From an uncultured Candidatus Saccharibacteria bacterium (lineage in GTDB: Bacteria; Patescibacteriota; Minisyncoccia; Minisyncoccales; GWA2-38-27), in the NCBI GenBank assembly GCA_964387825.1, contig CAYLWZ010000002.1:47375-111374 (forward strand): 64,000 nt of DNA. The letters are read 5' to 3'. This document shows, piece by piece, positions 47,069 through 57,555 of the stretch. The notes below the pieces were generated by a model. The model was not told where the DNA came from and made no database searches. It worked only from the letters and a program-made list of their open reading frames with translations. Each line of letters opens with the position of its first letter. The stretch's first letter is position 1. The position numbers and the translations under genes are program-made.

Positions 47069-48787
47069 TTAGGTCAATTTCTCTTCAATCTCTTCCGGTA
47101 AGAAAGGTCTAGCGTTGTATTTTAATATTTTCTTATCAACTTTAATACCGTAACAATTTAAGACCTTTTCCATTTGTCCCAAGCCGTTTGTTTCTATTAA
47201 GACAAGTTTTTTAACTCCTTTTAACGCGTTTTTCATCTGTTTTTCCGGAAATGGTTCAATAATAATCGGCTGGACCATTCTCATCCCTAACTTCTCCGCC
47301 ACCTCTTTTGCTGGTCCTTTCGTTGAACCCCAAACAATAAGCGCTTTTTTAGCTGTTTTCTTCCCGTAAACCTTAACCGCTTCTAATCTATCAACCTCTT
47401 TTCTCATTTCCTCAAATTTTCTTAGCCGCTTATTTTGCATTTCTTCTACCTTTTTTCCTTCTTCCACTGTAATTCCGAACTCGTCATGTTCATAACTGTT
47501 TGCTTTGACAATTGCATTTTTCTCCCCCGGAAAAGCAAGAGGAGAAATTCCATTTCTTGTTTTTTTGTATCTCAAATATTCACCCCCGCCTGCATTGGCT
47601 ATACCAAAGGCATTGCGGGCAGGCTTTTTGTTCCAAAGCAAAGGTTCTTCACGTTTAATTTTCTCTAAAATATTTTTATTAAAACTAAAGGTACTTTCGG
47701 AAACTTCCTTATCAAGTAATAAAATTGACGGTGTTTGGTACTTCCAAGAAAGATTTAAAATTTCTCCGGCCCAATAACAAGCCTCGTCAGCATCGCCGGG
47801 AGCGATAACAAACCTTACAATATCGCCATGCCCGGCTCCTAAAACAAAAAGTAAATCTCCCTGGCCAGTATAAGTAGGTACTCCGCTAGCAGGAGACATT
47901 CTTTGGCTTTCTACTATTACCAAAGGAGTTTCATTCTGGGCAGCCAAACTAAACCCTTCTACCATTAAAGCAAATCCTCCTCCCGAAGTTCCAACTATTG
48001 TCCTTGCTCCGGCATATGACGCCCCGATAGCCGCGTTCACCACCCCTGTCTCGTTTTCCAGTTGGGCAACGGCTATATTAAAATCTTTTTTGCGCTTGGC
48101 TAAATAATGCAAAATCCCGCTGGCCGGGGTCATCGGATAAGCAATGTAAAGATCTAAACCAGCTTTAACAGCGCCCAAAGCAACCGCTTCGTTCCCGGTT
48201 AAAAGAAGAAACTGCTTTTTCCCGCTTTTGTTCCCGCTAAAACGGACATTTAGCGGGACAATTTTAAATAAATTAGGGCTATCTTCAAAAGCGGCTTTCG
48301 CTACTTTTATATTTATTTCTTGAAATTTTTTAAATTCTTTTTTTAAAACCTCTTCTAATGTTTTCCAGTCAAAACCGATAATTTTTGCAAAAGCGGAAAC
48401 AAGAGCGATGTTCTCCATTATCGGCTTGCCGCCCACCTTTTCAACGATTGTTTTTATCGCCACCCCAATTCCTTTTCTTTTTCTAAAAGAAATCTCATCG
48501 CTATTGTAAATAATTATTCCTTTTTTGTCTAAATCGCTTTCGTGTTTTTTGATGGTGATTGCGTCCAGGGCTAAAAGAAAATCTATTTTTTCCCGATGAG
48601 ATAAAACTTCTTTTTCCGACGCCCTAATTTGAGAAAAATCATGGCCCCCTCTAATCAAGGATTGATAATCATCGTAAATAAAAATTCTATAACCAATCTG
48701 GGAAAATAATTTGGCAATTATAAGACCGGCTTTCTTGGAACCGCGGCCGGCGGCGCCTCCTATTAAAATTGAATAATCCTTAGCCAT
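47069..48787 (-). CDS. porGA: 2-oxoacid:ferredoxin oxidoreductase fused gamma-alpha subunit
   Basis: N-terminal gamma-like MAKDYSILIGGAAGRGSKKAG… then alpha-subunit domains; carries one PARNA element (47586-47624). Confidence 0.75.
   Translation of the reverse strand: MAKDYSILIGGAAGRGSKKAGLIIAKLFSQIGYRIFIYDDYQSLIRGGHDFSQIRASEKEVLSHREKIDFLLALDAITIKKHESDLDKKGIIIYNSDEISFRKRKGIGVAIKTIVEKVGGKPIMENIALVSAFAKIIGFDWKTLEEVLKKEFKKFQEINIKVAKAAFEDSPNLFKIVPLNVRFSGNKSGKKQFLLLTGNEAVALGAVKAGLDLYIAYPMTPASGILHYLAKRKKDFNIAVAQLENETGVVNAAIGASYAGARTIVGTSGGGFALMVEGFSLAAQNETPLVIVESQRMSPASGVPTYTGQGDLLFVLGAGHGDIVRFVIAPGDADEACYWAGEILNLSWKYQTPSILLLDKEVSESTFSFNKNILEKIKREEPLLWNKKPARNAFGIANAGGGEYLRYKKTRNGISPLAFPGEKNAIVKANSYEHDEFGITVEEGKKVEEMQNKRLRKFEEMRKEVDRLEAVKVYGKKTAKKALIVWGSTKGPAKEVAEKLGMRMVQPIIIEPFPEKQMKNALKGVKKLVLIETNGLGQMEKVLNCYGIKVDKKILKYNARPFLPEEIEEKLT
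47586..47624. repeat. GC-rich PARNA element, in-frame in POR alpha (encodes PARNAFGIANAGGG)
   Basis: ccgcctgcattggctataccaaaggcattgcgggcaggc shares both end motifs with the 36-bp family. Confidence 0.7.
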
Positions 48788-48870
48788 TTATATATAATCG
48801 TTAATTAATGCAAAAAAGTTATATATGTTATCATAACAAAAATTTTTTCTTTAGGACAGGTTATCAACCG

Positions 48871-49563
48871 TTAAATTTCAATTATTCTTCCTGCTCCGCC
48901 TTCAATGTATTTTTGAGGATAGAGTTTTTTAAGTTCTATTTTATGCTGAGTACAATGAGTGGGACAGATTAATTCTAAATCTCTGAATAACTCAAATTCA
49001 GAAAATCCATGCAATCCCCCAACGATCCCATAAATTTTGCCGAATTGTTTTGCCGCGTCTAAAATATGCTTCATCTCTGGATGGGAACATCCAACAATTA
49101 AAACTATTCCTTTATCGGTCTCAACCCCCATACTCTGTTCAATGCCTTCCAATTCTCCGGTAGAAAATACATTTTCATGAATTTTTGTCGGTCCTTTTAT
49201 AATAACAACTTCTCTGTTTCTAAATCCATGAAATGAAGGAGGAATGTAAATTTTAACCCTTTTATTCACGTTTAGAAATTCAGAAAGCCCGCCGGTATGG
49301 TCAAAATGAGAATGGGAAATGAAAATTTCATCAATTGAAACCGGGTCAATTTTCAGTTTTTCCATATTACTAAGCAAAATTTTTCCGTTTCCCCCGGTAT
49401 CAAACAGAATCTTCGGAGTATTTTTTATTTCAACCAAGGCAGAAAAACCCCAATCGGACTTAAGGTCTTTTCTATAGGCGGTGTTGTCGTAAACAATAGT
49501 AATTTTTACTCCTCTCGCCCTGTTAGAAATTACATTTCCGTTAGGGCTTGGTGATTGCTCCAT
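48871..49563 (-). CDS. metallo-beta-lactamase-fold hydrolase
   Basis: HSHFDHTGG (HxHxDH) and downstream His motifs. Confidence 0.7.
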   Translation of the reverse strand: MEQSPSPNGNVISNRARGVKITIVYDNTAYRKDLKSDWGFSALVEIKNTPKILFDTGGNGKILLSNMEKLKIDPVSIDEIFISHSHFDHTGGLSEFLNVNKRVKIYIPPSFHGFRNREVVIIKGPTKIHENVFSTGELEGIEQSMGVETDKGIVLIVGCSHPEMKHILDAAKQFGKIYGIVGGLHGFSEFELFRDLELICPTHCTQHKIELKKLYPQKYIEGGAGRIIEI

Positions 49564-49569
49564 AATTCT

Positions 49570-49869
49570 TTAGCTCTTCCAATTTTCCTGCTCTTTAGCC
49601 AAAAAATCTTCCAATTCTTTTTTATCCATTATCGTTGTCTCTATTTTTATATCCATCTTTAATTTAGTCAATGGCTCTTTTATTAACTCTATTAACTGGT
49701 CTTTGATGGGAATATTTAGAAAAGGAAAAGCCAGAACAATAATTGCCTTATTGCCTTCAACTTTTATATCCTTAATCATCCCAAGATTCAGAAGGGTCTC
49801 ATCAATAGCAGGATGTTTTATTCCTTTTAATAATTCTTTAACGTCCTCTGATGAAGTATTGTTGATCAT
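49570..49869 (-). CDS. DUF59/MIP18-family Fe-S assembly protein
   Basis: …IKHPAIDETLLNLGMIKDIKVEGN… DUF59 pattern. Confidence 0.55.
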   Translation of the reverse strand: MINNTSSEDVKELLKGIKHPAIDETLLNLGMIKDIKVEGNKAIIVLAFPFLNIPIKDQLIELIKEPLTKLKMDIKIETTIMDKKELEDFLAKEQENWKS

Positions 49870-50189
49870 TTGGCTAAAGGAATTTTTTTAGTTAGTTTAA
49901 TTGCTCCCGTGGGACAAACAGATTGGCACAATCCGCAAAAACAGCATTTATTAATATCAATTCGGGGTTGCTTTTTTATAGTTCCGTCTTTTTGTCTAAC
50001 TTCAACCATTGTAATCGCTTTATTGGGACAAGCCTCGGCGCATAAGCCGCATCCCAAACATTTATCCGGAGAAAAGCCAGGAATCCCTCTATAACCGTCG
50101 GGAATAGAAAGAGATTCTTTAGGAAACCTAACCGTAAGCGGCTTTTTAAACAGGTTCAATACCAATTTTGGAATAATCCTTAATTTCAT
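49866..50189 (-). CDS. 2x[4Fe-4S] ferredoxin (NuoI/MbhN-like)
   Basis: CLGCGLCAEACP … CCFCGLCQSVCP. Confidence 0.7.
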   Translation of the reverse strand: MKLRIIPKLVLNLFKKPLTVRFPKESLSIPDGYRGIPGFSPDKCLGCGLCAEACPNKAITMVEVRQKDGTIKKQPRIDINKCCFCGLCQSVCPTGAIKLTKKIPLAK

Positions 50190-50253
50190 ATTGCAAAAAT
50201 ACAGATATCTTTAGAGTTAGCTACTTTTATTTTTTTCACAAGTATTTTCTAAT

Positions 50254-51075
50254 TTATTTTTTCTCTAATCTTTCAATAATTTTTTTTACATCGTTAAAAG
50301 CTCTACTTTTATCTGGGAAATTCCTTTCTAATCCTGATTCTATTATTTTGGAATCGCATTGAACTGTGCCAATAATTTTACTTTTCAATTTCCCCAATTT
50401 ATTTATCATCTGGGATTCTATTTCTTTTGACTTAATTTTGTTTAAGGCCAACCAAAAATTTTTCATTTTCATATCACTACAAAAATCATTTACTCTTTTA
50501 GCAATTGAAATAGACTCAAGGGTAGGGTCGAGAATAAGCAAAACGATATCCACGTTTTCTGATATTCTCCTTCCAAAATGTTCAACTCCGGCCTTGGCGT
50601 CAATAAGATTTACGTAATCTCCTTTTACTATAAAATCCCTAACTACTTTTTCTACTGGTCCATCGCAACCTTGACCATATTTTTTAATCTTCCCTGCCTG
50701 AAATAAAATTATTCGTTTCCTTTTAACAAAATATTTATCTGGAATCTCTTTAAAAATATCTATCTTTTTTTCAGGCACGGGGATAGAATCGTTCAATCTA
50801 GTAAGCGGAGAGGGATCGTCTACGGGACAGGTAACCACCTTAGTTCCACCAAAAAAATCTATCAAGGCTTTTGGAAAGTCCTTTTCTTTTTTTAATCCGA
50901 GCATCAATCCGGAGAGTCCCCGAGGATTAGAGGCATCACCGTCTAAGGCAAGAACCTTGTATCCTTTTTCCTTTAATACATTTGAGATTAAAGTAACCAG
51001 AGTACTTTTTCCGCTTCCTCCTTTTCCAGAAATTAATATTCTCATTCCTTTTAGTTTTTTGTTTGTTTTTGGCAT
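50254..51075 (-). CDS. MinD/CooC-family P-loop ATPase (metallocentre maturation-like)
   Basis: ISGKGGSGKST deviant Walker A; CooC/Mrp-like length. Confidence 0.65.
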   Translation of the reverse strand: MPKTNKKLKGMRILISGKGGSGKSTLVTLISNVLKEKGYKVLALDGDASNPRGLSGLMLGLKKEKDFPKALIDFFGGTKVVTCPVDDPSPLTRLNDSIPVPEKKIDIFKEIPDKYFVKRKRIILFQAGKIKKYGQGCDGPVEKVVRDFIVKGDYVNLIDAKAGVEHFGRRISENVDIVLLILDPTLESISIAKRVNDFCSDMKMKNFWLALNKIKSKEIESQMINKLGKLKSKIIGTVQCDSKIIESGLERNFPDKSRAFNDVKKIIERLEKK

Positions 51076-51094
51076 TTTAACGTTTTGACAATTT

Positions 51095-51655
51095 TTATTT
51101 TAATATTATTCCTTTTCTTTCTTCCTTATTGTATTCCTCTACTATCTCGTTTACATTTTCCTTGATTATTCCAATTGCATCTTTGATTAAAGGTTCCCTT
51201 ATAATTACGGGAACAAATTTAGTTTTCATCCGAACAATATTTGGACCAATCATTTTTCCTATAATTACATTAACATTTTTCAGGACAGATGAAACTGCTT
51301 TTGCTTTTTCAGGATCTCCATGGATCCTAGATTCGTCTTCTTTATACTTAGTGTTTTCTCTTTTCTCTTGAAAAACTAAGTTTCCATTTGAGTATTCCCA
51401 TATTGAATAATATTTAGACATTCCGACATGGTCGTCTGGCTTTATTCTTTTACCATCGTCGGTTCCGATAGCAAATATTAATTTTTGCCCGATATCTTTT
51501 ATCGCGTCCTGGGGACAACCTTTTATAGCATTTCTTAAGCAGTCAGCTTTTTTGTCTTTTATTCTCGCCATCCCGTTTACTAGTTCTATCCCCTCCGGAC
51601 ATATTCTTGCGCAGATCCCGCATCCTATACATTTATTTTTACTTATATTTATCAT
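51095..51655 (-). CDS. 4Fe-4S ferredoxin domain fused to NifX/NifB-like domain
   Basis: CIGCGICARICPEG…C…CPQDAI then FAIGTDDGKRI…VIIGKMIGPN… NifX-like pattern. Confidence 0.6.
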   Translation of the reverse strand: MINISKNKCIGCGICARICPEGIELVNGMARIKDKKADCLRNAIKGCPQDAIKDIGQKLIFAIGTDDGKRIKPDDHVGMSKYYSIWEYSNGNLVFQEKRENTKYKEDESRIHGDPEKAKAVSSVLKNVNVIIGKMIGPNIVRMKTKFVPVIIREPLIKDAIGIIKENVNEIVEEYNKEERKGIILK

Positions 51656-51679
51656 TTTTTTTATTTAGTTGAATAATGG

Positions 51680-52798
51680 TTATCTATCCATATCCGCAGG
51701 ACAACCGTTTAAGCTCCAATAAATTACGGGTATATCCGCTACTTCCGCTCCCTTCAACAAAAATTCCAAGACCGGAATTAAATGCAGAAAAGAAGGGCCT
51801 TTAATTTTAACCCGTTCAGGATTGATCCCTCCATTGCCCCTTACATATATAGCTCCCTCTCCCCGGGCTATTTCATTTCTAACATATGCTTCTTTTTCCG
51901 GCAGGGCAAAAGGCGTTCCGACTCTCATTTTTTCATTAAGATAGAAGCCCAAAGGAATTTTATCTAATAGTTGCTTGATAATTTTAACACTTTCTTTTAT
52001 TTCTAACAATCCAATTTTAAATCTTGAATAAGAATCGCCTTCTTTTAAGACAGGCGCGTCAAAATCTACTTCTTTGTATATTTCATAAGGTTCGTTCTTT
52101 CTTATGTCCTGTAAAAATCCGCTGGCCCTTAAAACAGGACCGCTGGCCCCCAGCCTGACAGCCTCTTCCGATTTTAGAACCCCTATTCCTTTGGTTCTTG
52201 AAGCAAAAACAGGATCTTCTTTTTTAAAATAAGAAGTTGCCTCTATTATTTTGCCTAAAACTTTTAAAATTTTGTTTTCAATGCCTTCAGGCAGGTCCTT
52301 TCTCAAACCGCCGGGACAAATATAACCGGCTGGATATACTCTCCCCCCGGTAACAGCGGAAAAAATATCTAAAATATAATCTCTATAGCCAAAAGCTGTT
52401 TTAAAACCGGTGTCAAATCCGGTAGCAGAAGAAAGAGCTCCGAACCAAATAAGATGGGACTGAATCCGAGACAATTCGGCTAAAATTACTCTAACATATT
52501 TTGCTCTTTCCGGAACTTCAATATCGGCTAATTTTTCCACTGCTTCCGCAAAAAGCAAATTCCAAGCCAATGGCTCAAAAACGCAAATCCTGTCTGATAA
52601 AACCGCGTTCTGCCAAACATTTCTGTATTCCATTAATTTTTCAAATCCCCTGTGCAAGTATCCCGGGTCCGCTTTCGCTTCAACGACTTTTTCCCCGTCT
52701 AATTTTATCCTCACTGAAAAATTACCCGATCCAGGATGAGCCGGCCCGAATAAAAATTCCTGATATTGTCCTTTATTTTCTTCTTTCATTTTTGTCAA
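51680..52798 (-). CDS. [NiFe]-hydrogenase large subunit / NuoD-like subunit lacking NiFe-ligating cysteines (Ehr/Mbh-type)
   Basis: GPAHPGSGNFSV…, …EKLADIEVPERAKYVRVILAELSRIQSHL… NuoD/group-4 pattern; N-terminal site reads DRICVFEP (one Cys); C-terminus reads NGCPADMDR (one Cys, not the DPCxxC pair). Confidence 0.75.
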   Translation of the reverse strand: MTKMKEENKGQYQEFLFGPAHPGSGNFSVRIKLDGEKVVEAKADPGYLHRGFEKLMEYRNVWQNAVLSDRICVFEPLAWNLLFAEAVEKLADIEVPERAKYVRVILAELSRIQSHLIWFGALSSATGFDTGFKTAFGYRDYILDIFSAVTGGRVYPAGYICPGGLRKDLPEGIENKILKVLGKIIEATSYFKKEDPVFASRTKGIGVLKSEEAVRLGASGPVLRASGFLQDIRKNEPYEIYKEVDFDAPVLKEGDSYSRFKIGLLEIKESVKIIKQLLDKIPLGFYLNEKMRVGTPFALPEKEAYVRNEIARGEGAIYVRGNGGINPERVKIKGPSFLHLIPVLEFLLKGAEVADIPVIYWSLNGCPADMDR

Positions 52799-52833
52799 TT
52801 TAATCCCGCTGAAAGCAGGAGAAAATTGAAAAT

Positions 52834-53322
52834 TTAGATAAAGTATCCTTCTTCATTTTCTTTTTCTCTGTTATAAAATTTTTCTCTTACATGCGCTCGC
52901 CAGTCAAAATCCTTTAAAAACGGAGCCGGTCCCGGCCAATCTTCTAAAAATAATTCTGATAAATCCGAATTTCCTAAAAAATTCACCCCAAAAAGTTCGT
53001 GTATTTCTCTCTCATGAATTTGAGAAGAATCATATGTCTTTGAAACCGAGCCGATTTCCGGATTAATTCTGGCAATTTCTATTTTGATATTTAAACCCAT
53101 TTTCTTTTCTTCGCTCCAAATATGATAGATAAGTTCAATGACATTTTTTTCCAAAATATCAACCGCCGTTAAAAAGGAAAAGAAATTAAAACCCTCGCCT
53201 TTTAAAAAATCGCAGACATTTGGCAAATTATTCCGGCTGACCCTAAGCCAAATTTGGTTTTTCTCTTTTTTCAAAACTTCTGTCTCAAATTTTGATTTTA
53301 GAATTGAAATTAAATCACTCAT
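52834..53322 (-). CDS. NuoC-like (30-kDa) subunit
   Basis: position and size in Mbh-like gene order; NuoC-type fold pattern. Confidence 0.6.
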   Translation of the reverse strand: MSDLISILKSKFETEVLKKEKNQIWLRVSRNNLPNVCDFLKGEGFNFFSFLTAVDILEKNVIELIYHIWSEEKKMGLNIKIEIARINPEIGSVSKTYDSSQIHEREIHELFGVNFLGNSDLSELFLEDWPGPAPFLKDFDWRAHVREKFYNREKENEEGYFI

Positions 53323-53761
53323 ATCTCTTTATTAACTTACTAATTCCGTCAAAAATTGCTTCCGGCCTCGGAGGACAACCGGGAATATATAAATCTACAG
53401 GTAAATAATCTCCCAATCTTTTTATAGTGTTATATGAATCCCAATACATCCCTCCGCTTACCGGGCAGGACCCCAAGGCAATGACAATTTTTGGAGAAGG
53501 CATCTGTTCGTAAATCATTTTCGCTCTTTTAATTGACTTCATTGTCTGATAACCGGCAATAATCAGGCAATCGGCCTGCCTGGGGCTGGAAACCGGAATC
53601 AAGCCAAACCTTTCCATATCCCACCTGCTTCCCACTACCGGCAAAATCTCCATAAAGCCGCAGGAATTAAACCAATTAAAAACCCAGATAGATTTTGCTA
53701 CTTTTTTTAATTTTCTTTTTGATTCAGGCATAATTAAAAATTTAAAACCGTGTCTATCCAC
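53315..53761 (-). CDS. NuoB-like / hydrogenase small subunit
   Basis: …GSCPVSGG… and …PGCPPRPE… motifs; first site reads NSCGFME (single Cys instead of CC). Confidence 0.75.
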   Translation of the reverse strand: MDRHGFKFLIMPESKRKLKKVAKSIWVFNWFNSCGFMEILPVVGSRWDMERFGLIPVSSPRQADCLIIAGYQTMKSIKRAKMIYEQMPSPKIVIALGSCPVSGGMYWDSYNTIKRLGDYLPVDLYIPGCPPRPEAIFDGISKLIKRYE

Positions 53762-54702
53762 ACTGTTAAAAATCCGATGATAGACAATAAAGTAAGTCCC
53801 CCCCAGTAAGCTCTGGTTAAACGGCTGATTTTGAACCTTGAAGTAACTGTTCTAATTAAAGTTAAGCCGATAAATATTATTAAAAACAGCTTTAGAAGAT
53901 AAATAGAAAGCATTGCGGCAAAATTTGCTTGGATATTCCAAGGAAAGAAAAGAACAATAAACAAAGAAGCGATTGCAACCGCTTTTACCGCTTCGGCCAC
54001 ATAAAACATTGCCAAATTTCTCCCGGAATATTCCGCTAATGCTCCGCCGGCAATTTCCGAACCAGCCGCCTCAACATCAAAAGGAGTTTGGGATAATTCG
54101 CCGGCGATGATAATAAAAATAACTATTGTTTCTATTGAAAGCCCGATAATCCCGATTGGTCCAACCAAATTCCAGATATTATGGCTATAGATTGTATTCA
54201 AAGAGAAAATATTTGGAAACCCATTTTTGTAAATCAGCCAGACAGGAGCAAGACTGACGACGGCCAAAGGAAATTCGTAGCCCAGCATATTGATAATCAT
54301 TCTTTGACCGCCAAGGTTGGCATAGGGAGAATTAGAAGAAAATGCTCCTAAAACTAAACTCAAACCCGGAAATATAAACAGATAAATTACTAAAATGAGG
54401 TCTCCGGAATTTCCTAAAACAGATTTCCCGGCAATAGGAATATAAAACAAAATCAAAATAGAAACTGTCAAAGAAATCAAAGGCGACAGTTCAAAAATCC
54501 ATTTCAAGGAATGTTTCGGGATTATACTCTCTTTAACTATCAGTTTCTTTAAATCATAAAACGGCTGCAAAATAGGAGGTCCAACCCTTTTCTGCATTTT
54601 AGCGCTTAAAATTCTGTCAATTCCTTTAAAGAGCAAACCTAAAATCACGCTTCCAAAAATTATCGCAAGAGTCATTAAAAATTTTAAAATCAGGTTGGGC
54701 AT
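53734..54702 (-). CDS. NuoH/MbhM/CooK-like membrane subunit
   Basis: …MQKRVGPPILQPFYDLKK… (GxxxxxQxRxGP) signature; 8 TM. Confidence 0.75.
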   Translation of the reverse strand: MPNLILKFLMTLAIIFGSVILGLLFKGIDRILSAKMQKRVGPPILQPFYDLKKLIVKESIIPKHSLKWIFELSPLISLTVSILILFYIPIAGKSVLGNSGDLILVIYLFIFPGLSLVLGAFSSNSPYANLGGQRMIINMLGYEFPLAVVSLAPVWLIYKNGFPNIFSLNTIYSHNIWNLVGPIGIIGLSIETIVIFIIIAGELSQTPFDVEAAGSEIAGGALAEYSGRNLAMFYVAEAVKAVAIASLFIVLFFPWNIQANFAAMLSIYLLKLFLIIFIGLTLIRTVTSRFKISRLTRAYWGGLTLLSIIGFLTVWIDTVLNF

Positions 54703-54995
54703 ATCACTAAAAGAAAGATAATTAAACCGAAAATAAACAGAAAAATATAGTCGTTAGCGTTTTCTTTTTTGGTCTTTTGCAAGAAATTATACAGTTTCTC
54801 AAAATCTTTAAAAAATCCCCAATAGATATTTTCCAGTTTAACGTCTTTAGGAGGCTCTTCTCCGGAAAAATAAGAAACTGTTTGGGACGTTCCTTTATGG
54901 TATCTCTTTTCTCCAAGCAAATAAAAAAGGTAAACTACAAAAAGGATAAAAAAGAAAAAAATTAGAGCGATTTTTGGCTGCCAAATTATATGCAT
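54690..54995 (-). CDS. small membrane subunit (MbhI-like)
   Basis: 101 aa, 2 TM, translationally coupled inside the operon. Confidence 0.4.
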   Translation of the reverse strand: MHIIWQPKIALIFFFFILFVVYLFYLLGEKRYHKGTSQTVSYFSGEEPPKDVKLENIYWGFFKDFEKLYNFLQKTKKENANDYIFLFIFGLIIFLLVICPT

Positions 54996-55002
54996 TGTAA
55001 GT

Positions 55003-56511
55003 TTAATGGATTACGTTATTGATATAAACTTGTTGATTGATTAGCGCTTTTGCCGCCGGATTGACAAAAGAATCTACAAATTGTTTTGGGAAAAGGCCTA
55101 TCAAAATCATCAAGACCGCAAATATTGAAACGATAGCAACCGCCAATTTAGGAACCGGCTGGCAGTTTTCGGACTGTTTTCCAAGAAATATTGAGGCGAA
55201 AACTTTAACCAAAACCGCCAAAATCAAAATGCTTCCCAGGATTCCGACAACTGCCAAAGCAGGATTTAAACGGAAAACTGATTCGTAAATCATTATTTTT
55301 GAAGCAAAACCATTCAACGGCGGCATCCCGGACACGGCTAAAATTCCTAAAAGAAAAAACCCTGATAATAATGGCTCCTTATGGGCAAGTCCCCGAATTT
55401 TAAAAACATCTCTGGTTTTGCTAAGATAAACAATAACGCCGGCGATTAAAAACAGCAGGCCTATGTCCAAAACATCATTTATCATATGGAATAATCCTCC
55501 TTGGATTGCTTTAAATCCAAAATCAGTATTTGAGCTCGCCATACCGGAAGAAATCCCTAAAACTACATAACCTAATTCGGAAATAGCTAAATAGGCCAAA
55601 ATTCTTTTAAGATTATTTTCTTTTAGTGCCAGGAAAACTCCGACAAAAATTGAAAGGACTGAAAACAAAATTAGAATCCACCCTAAACTAATATTTGCGC
55701 CGAAAACATCAAAGGCGATTCTGAACAGAACATAGACAGCAGACAAGGAAGAAATTATAGACAAAATAATCACCGATATAGGAGATGCCTTATATGCTTC
55801 CGGCTTCCAAAAATAAAAAGGAAAAACTCCTACTTTTAACAACAAGCTGGAAGCGATGAAAGATAAGGCAACTTTGTCTATAAAAGAGAACTGAAGATTG
55901 TTGGCGATAATAGCCATATTCAAAAATCCGTATTCGCTATAAAGAAGCCCTACCCCAAACAGCAAGAACAGAGAACCGACGGCGAAAACAGCTAAATAAT
56001 GAAAGGCTGCTTTAAAACACTCTCTATCTCTGAAAAAAGCAATCAAACCGGCAGTAGCAATGGAACTTATTTCATAAAACACAAAAAGGGTGAAAAAATC
56101 TCCGGTAAATAAAAAGCCTAAAATTCCCGCCATAAGCAAGAAATAAAGAGCGTAAAATTTGTCCAAAGAGAAAGAGGGACTTAAAATTTTCCGGGAGTAA
56201 AGAAGAACTAAAGAGGCGATAAAAATGAAAACCAGAGCTAAAAATCCCGACAAAGCGTCTGCTGTCAAAATAATTCTTACGGGAAATCCCTGAGGCGAAG
56301 TCATTGAAGGAAATTCAGCTCCTACGCTATAAACAAATGTTCCTCCTCTGAAAATTGAACTATAAAGAAGAAAAGAAAAAACATTGACTGACGCCAAAAC
56401 CAAAAAAACCCAAAAATCTCTTATCTTTTTACTTAACTTGCTCAACAGAGGCAATAAAAATGCGCCTAACAAGGGAATAGCTATTATCAAAATAATAAAA
56501 TGAGAAGACAT
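55003..56511 (-). CDS. MrpD/NuoM-like antiporter subunit (MbhH-like)
   Basis: 502 aa, ~14 TM, NuoL/M/N family pattern. Confidence 0.75.
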   Translation of the reverse strand: MSSHFIILIIAIPLLGAFLLPLLSKLSKKIRDFWVFLVLASVNVFSFLLYSSIFRGGTFVYSVGAEFPSMTSPQGFPVRIILTADALSGFLALVFIFIASLVLLYSRKILSPSFSLDKFYALYFLLMAGILGFLFTGDFFTLFVFYEISSIATAGLIAFFRDRECFKAAFHYLAVFAVGSLFLLFGVGLLYSEYGFLNMAIIANNLQFSFIDKVALSFIASSLLLKVGVFPFYFWKPEAYKASPISVIILSIISSLSAVYVLFRIAFDVFGANISLGWILILFSVLSIFVGVFLALKENNLKRILAYLAISELGYVVLGISSGMASSNTDFGFKAIQGGLFHMINDVLDIGLLFLIAGVIVYLSKTRDVFKIRGLAHKEPLLSGFFLLGILAVSGMPPLNGFASKIMIYESVFRLNPALAVVGILGSILILAVLVKVFASIFLGKQSENCQPVPKLAVAIVSIFAVLMILIGLFPKQFVDSFVNPAAKALINQQVYINNVIH

Positions 56512-56512
56512 A

Positions 56513-56827
56513 TTATTTAGAATTTTCGGATGATTTATAAATCAAAATTGCCAGAGAAAGCAAAAAGGCGGTTATGGCTAAATTAATAACAATACTGGTA
56601 AGTATCAACGCTTGCGGAGTTGGAGAAACCATATTTAAATTTGGGGCATTGGTAAAAATCGGAGCTATCCCTCCTTGCCTGTATCCCAAACCTATTAAAA
56701 ACAAATTTACTCCGTTGCCGATAATGTTAACAGCCATGGCTATTTTAATTAAATTCTTTCTGAATATCGCCCCGAAGATTCCTATTATTACTAAAAAAAT
56801 TGTAGTTAGAAAAACAAAACTAATCAT
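56513..56827 (-). CDS. MrpC/NuoK-like subunit
   Basis: 104 aa, 3 TM, NuoK-like. Confidence 0.6.
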   Translation of the reverse strand: MISFVFLTTIFLVIIGIFGAIFRKNLIKIAMAVNIIGNGVNLFLIGLGYRQGGIAPIFTNAPNLNMVSPTPQALILTSIVINLAITAFLLSLAILIYKSSENSK

Positions 56828-57257
56828 TTTTTTTCGTCATTAATAAAATAACAAGAGACAAGGCCGAAGCTACTTCTATTCCTACAGCTAAATTCATTAA
56901 AAGAATAACTCCGCCGCTGTTGAGATAACCCGAGTTTATTCCAAAATGGATTGTTTTACCTAAAATTCCGGTTGTATTTGCCAAGAAATTATAAAAAAAT
57001 GTGTTTTTGAAAATGGCCAAAAAAGCTAAAATAATAAAAAATATAAGACCCAAAGATTCAAATAAAGAAAATAGGCCCTTTGACAACCTAATATCATCTT
57101 CAAAAACAACCAACATTAATACGGTTGCTCCGGCGATTATCACCCCTCCCTGAAATCCGCCACCAGGAGTCAAGTGGCCATGAGAAATGACATATAAACC
57201 AAATATAATTATTGGATTTAAAATTATTAAACTAACGATTTTAACTATTTTGGTCAT
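56820..57257 (-). CDS. MrpB-like subunit (MbhF-like)
   Basis: ISHGHLTPGGGFQGGVI MnhB-domain motif. Confidence 0.65.
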   Translation of the reverse strand: MTKIVKIVSLIILNPIIIFGLYVISHGHLTPGGGFQGGVIIAGATVLMLVVFEDDIRLSKGLFSLFESLGLIFFIILAFLAIFKNTFFYNFLANTTGILGKTIHFGINSGYLNSGGVILLMNLAVGIEVASALSLVILLMTKKND

Positions 57258-57555
57258 AAGTTTTCTTCTTGGTATCTTTGGTTAGAAATTTCGCTTCTGA
57301 GGGAGAAAAGATTAAAAAGATTCCCATAACGGCGGCGAAAAGAACCGTTGCTTCTCCCAATGTGTCCAGCCCGCGATAATCAAAAACTATACTGGAAACA
57401 ATATTATTGCTTCCAGTCTGTGTTTGAGCATTCTTGATAAAATAGTCGTCCATTTTTACTGTTTCAGGTTTTCCAAAAGGATGGATAAATAAGAAAACCA
57501 AAACAAGAAAAACAGATAAAATTAGAATGGTTGTTTTTTTAATCATTGTTCCCAA
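57241..57555 (-). CDS. MrpB-fragment-like subunit (MbhE-like)
   Basis: FDYRGLDTLGE motif of MnhB C-terminal domain. Confidence 0.55.
   Translation of the reverse strand: MGTMIKKTTILILSVFLVLVFLFIHPFGKPETVKMDDYFIKNAQTQTGSNNIVSSIVFDYRGLDTLGEATVLFAAVMGIFLIFSPSEAKFLTKDTKKKTYDQNS

Noticed and set aside
51680-52798. Calling the large subunit a functional [NiFe] hydrogenase
   Set aside because: Both metal-binding positions carry a single Cys instead of CxxC pairs, so a NiFe site cannot be formed.
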